Source: Octopus vulgaris (lineage: Eukaryota). From it: 64,000 nucleotides of DNA. The stretch covers positions 113,522,001 through 113,586,000 of the forward strand of contig OX597821.1 in NCBI GenBank assembly GCA_951406725.2, read 5' to 3'. Under the pieces are notes generated by a model. It saw only the letters and a program-made list of their open reading frames with translations, was not told the origin of the DNA and did not search any database. This document shows, one piece after another, positions 60,577-64,000 of the stretch. Each line of letters starts with the position of its first letter. The first letter of the stretch is position 1. Both the position numbers and the translations under genes were made by a program.

Positions 60577-62144
60577 ATATATTATGTGGTTGTGGAAGCT
60601 GAAATATGATAAACCTCATTCTCGTCTTGTTTATTCTCAGTTTCTCTAACAAACGAATCGTCCTTCTGGTGACATTGATATTTCTCCCGCATCAGCGAGG
60701 GATTAAAACCCTTTTAATTGCCATATATATATATATATATATATATATCATTTCTTTGAAATAATTAACTTATTATGAATAAATAATATATAATTTCTTT
60801 TAAATATTTCACGTGTAAATTATAAATGATTTTTTCACGAGCCAACAACGTTGTCGATCTCCCTAAAATCTCCCCGAAAACTACATTCTTCTGTAGAAAG
60901 AACACGTTTGATAATATATTTCTACCTATGTTTGAAAAGTGAAGGAATTTTTACGTTTGGTACACTTTATAACCGTTTTATTCTATCAAAATTGCTTTGA
61001 CTATAAACAATAACGAATATGATTTTCGTCGATACTGTTGCCTAAAATTTGGTTACATGGTAAGCTCCTTTCGGAGCATGTTCACCGACCCGGTTTCGAT
61101 TCCCAATCGATGCTAGTTCGTTAATATACCCGGGATAGGTATAAGATCATATCATTTCCCTCTTCTCTGAAGCCGATATAGTTCGTCTTGTTCGTAAGAA
61201 TAATAGCAGGAGGTCAATTACTTGAGTAGTTGATACATGTACAGTATAGGTGAGATACTGATTCAGTTTAAAATCAAAACATGTGGCGGCCTCTACACAG
61301 TCATTTTGTTTGCTAGAAATAGCAGTTCACTCTCCCTGCTGTTTTAAGACATAGCAGAGAGACAAAAGAGGATTGTACAGTGACAGTCATGACCGGATTA
61401 CTATTGATCACAGATGTAACCATGGCTACATGCTTAAGAAATCGCTTTAATCCCATTGTGTGGCCCTTAGGGCAGATGTCTTCTGCCATGGCGCCAGGTT
61501 GAATTCAGTGGATTTTAGTGGAAAGAAACTATTAAAATGGCAAGAAAATGGTTAATGGTTTGTCATCATTGGAGAGATTTTATAGCTTGAGATTATCTCC
61601 CTTTCTCAAGTGACGATGGACTTCGTTGTCGTCTGCTGCAGTCATGGCTAACGCCTGGCCTGCAGGACTTTCTGAGTGGCAAGCCTCATGCAAAACTACC
61701 TTGACTATTCTATTTTGTTATTATAATTATTGTATGTAGGCCATATTTCCTGATATTACCCTTGGTGGCAAAAGTATACTTCCAAAGTTACCCTTGTTTT
61801 TTTTCAGGGGTAAAGGGATGGATAACACTTAAGTATGAACAATAAATTACTTAGATTAATTTCACAGATTAGCAGAAATTAAATTTTTGTCATATAATCT
61901 ATGTCACCATCATCATCATCATTTTAACATCCAGATTTCCATGCTTGAATGCGTCTGACCGACTTAGCTGCCATATAATGGATAACACTCTTATAATCTC
62001 TTATCTTTGTCTTGTTTCAATCATTAGACTGTGGCCATGCTGAGGCACCGCCTTGAAGAATTTTGTTGAAAGAATTGACCCCAGTACTTTTCAAGCCTTG
62101 TGCTCTCTTTTATGTTATTTTACTTTCTTTTGTTTTCTTTTCAG

Positions 62145-62268
62145 CAATGGGCAACGTTCCATCGAGCCTGGTGGATATACGATGCTTCTCACCAATGTCC
62201 ATTCAAATCTGCACACATGCTAGCCTATGTTTTACAAGGTAGACACAAACCGATATATCATCCCTTAA
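62145..62268 (+). CDS. MRPL13: Mitochondrial ribosomal protein uL13m exon 2 (QWATFHRAWWIYDA...LQGRHKPIYHPL); the gene presumably continues beyond the window
   Basis: Matches MRPL13 QWATF.R.W...D and LQG.HKP.YH.L; strong polypyrimidine tract plus ttcag, a|gtaagt donor. Confidence 0.92.
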
Positions 62269-62421
62269 GTAAGTACTTGAAATGAAATTTATATATGTAA
62301 AAACACACACATGCACACGTATGTATATGTGTGTATATATATGCTCGAATGAATTTTAGTTGTCATAAATCAATAATAATTCATTCGAAATTATGGATTT
62401 CTTTAATCATACTTGCTGTAA

Positions 62422-62978
62422 TTGAGAAGACCCAGCAAGTTGTAGCCTACACCAGTGTCACATAACCAGCCCATTTAAAAAGTACCTTTGAATTGTCGGG
62501 TGACATGCCATGCTTGAGGGGACCTTTTGAGTCAAGAACAATCAAATCAAATGGAAATTGTAGATGTGGGTGATGCCTGTGCCGCCTGACTGGCTTCCAT
62601 ACTGGTGGCATGCAATAAGCACCATTCATGCATGGGTTGTTGCCAGTGTCACCTGACTGGCTCCCCATGCTGCTGGTACATAAAAAGCACCATTCGAATG
62701 TGGTTGATGCCAGCACCCTCGCCTTGACTGGCTCCTGTACCGGTAGCACGTAAAAAGCACCATCTGAATGTGGCTAGTTGACTGGCTCCCATCCCGGTGG
62801 CATGTAAAAGGCACCCACTACACTCTCAGAGTGGTTGGCGTTAGAAAGGGCATCCAGCTGTAGAAACATCGCCAGATCAGACTGGAGCCTAGTGCGGCCA
62901 CCTGGCTTGCCAGTCCCCAGTGAAATCGTCCAACCCATGCCAGCATGGAAAGCAGATGTTAAATGAAGATGATGATGA
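62422..62978 (+). mobile_element. RTE 3' end with subrepeats and (GAT)n tail (another at ~63620-64000)
   Basis: Same UTR as 28673-29318. Confidence 0.8.
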
Positions 62979-64000
62979 TTCTCATCATATTCCATCCCCA
63001 CATGGGCTGGATGTAATTTACTGAAGCCCTTCCTGTTGCCTACCTTCACCTCTTTCCATTTATGGTAATCTTTCCCTTTGACCCAACATGTCTTCACAGA
63101 AGATTGAAAATGAACAACACCGCTTATATGATGGTGAGGCTCATTTACAACTACCATACAATATCAAGATGAGAAGACACTAATACATACCTGTGCACCT
63201 ACATACACCACACCACCACCACCACATCATCATCATTTATTGTCCACTTTTCAAGGCTTTTGTGTGAGGTCAGTTTTGCCTTTCATTCTTTTGGGGTTGA
63301 TAAAAATAAATACCAGTTGAACTCTGGGGCTGATGTAATTGACCTACCCTCCCTCTCCTCAAATTGCTGGCATTGTGCCAAAATCTGAAACCAATATTTT
63401 CCCATGGCCAGGCATGCTTCCACAGAAAATTGGGAACAGACACTGTTTGTGTGATGACACTTGTTTACAGTTATCATGTGAAATAAAAACAAGGAGACTG
63501 TAACACACAAGCCTTCTTTCAGGCAAGTGAAATCAAAATCAAATTCGATGACTGGCGCACAGTGTTGCACAGTGAGACTGAACCCAAAACCATGTGACTG
63601 AGAAGCAAGTTTCTTACTTATGGAGTGCTAGCGAGGTGCAAAGAGCACCATACAAGTGTGATCATTGACAGAGCAGCTAACTGGCTTCTGTGCCAGTGGC
63701 ACTTAAAAAGCACCATTTGAGTGTGATCGTTACCAGCGTTGCATCACTGGCACTCGAGCCCCGTGCTAGTAGGATATTAAGAGCGCCATCCGAGTGTGAT
63801 CGTTGCCAGAGCGGCTATCCGGCTTCTGTACCCGTGGCATGTAAAAGGGTACCATTCAAGCGTGATCATTACCAACGTCGCTTCACTGGCACCTGTGCTG
63901 GTGGCACGTGTAAAAAGATTTGAGCGAGGTCATTGCCAGTACCGCCTGACTGGCGCCCGTACCGGTGGCACGTAAAAAGCACCCCCACTCTCGGAGTGGT

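Noticed and set aside
61050-61110. tRNA-like or structured RNA (GCTCC-TTTC-GGAGC hairpin, GGTTTCGATTCCC)
   Set aside because: No cloverleaf; most likely a decayed SINE head.

Overview
AT-rich, repeat-dense eukaryotic DNA; the SINE/LINE repertoire looks like an Octopus (coleoid cephalopod) genome, which is an inference. Three genes are readable. (1) The 3' 13 coding exons of OSBPL9/ORP9 on + (5005-36409). All introns are GT-AG with matching phases, the FFAT motif and EQVSHHPP signature are present, and the PH-domain exons presumably lie upstream of the window. (2) An intronless, intact POFUT2 on - (55450-56787). (3) The first two coding exons of MRPL13 on + (60267-62268), head-to-head with POFUT2. 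The rest is tRNA-derived SINEs, 5'-truncated RTE LINE ends, TTAA/TA/8-bp-TSD MITEs, a Helitron, and Tx1- and CRE-like LINE relics. The most unusual signal is a set of at least five unrelated short non-coding elements, mostly fold-back and/or sitting in (TA)n tracts, that carry Penelope-type minimal hammerhead ribozyme motifs. Two are canonical-core and sense-oriented inside OSBPL9 introns (6029-6137, 21292-21334). One family is a palindromic, back-to-back tRNA-headed element with a hammerhead in each arm (3796-4300, 44577-45008). All folds and alignments were done by eye, and repeat boundaries are approximate.
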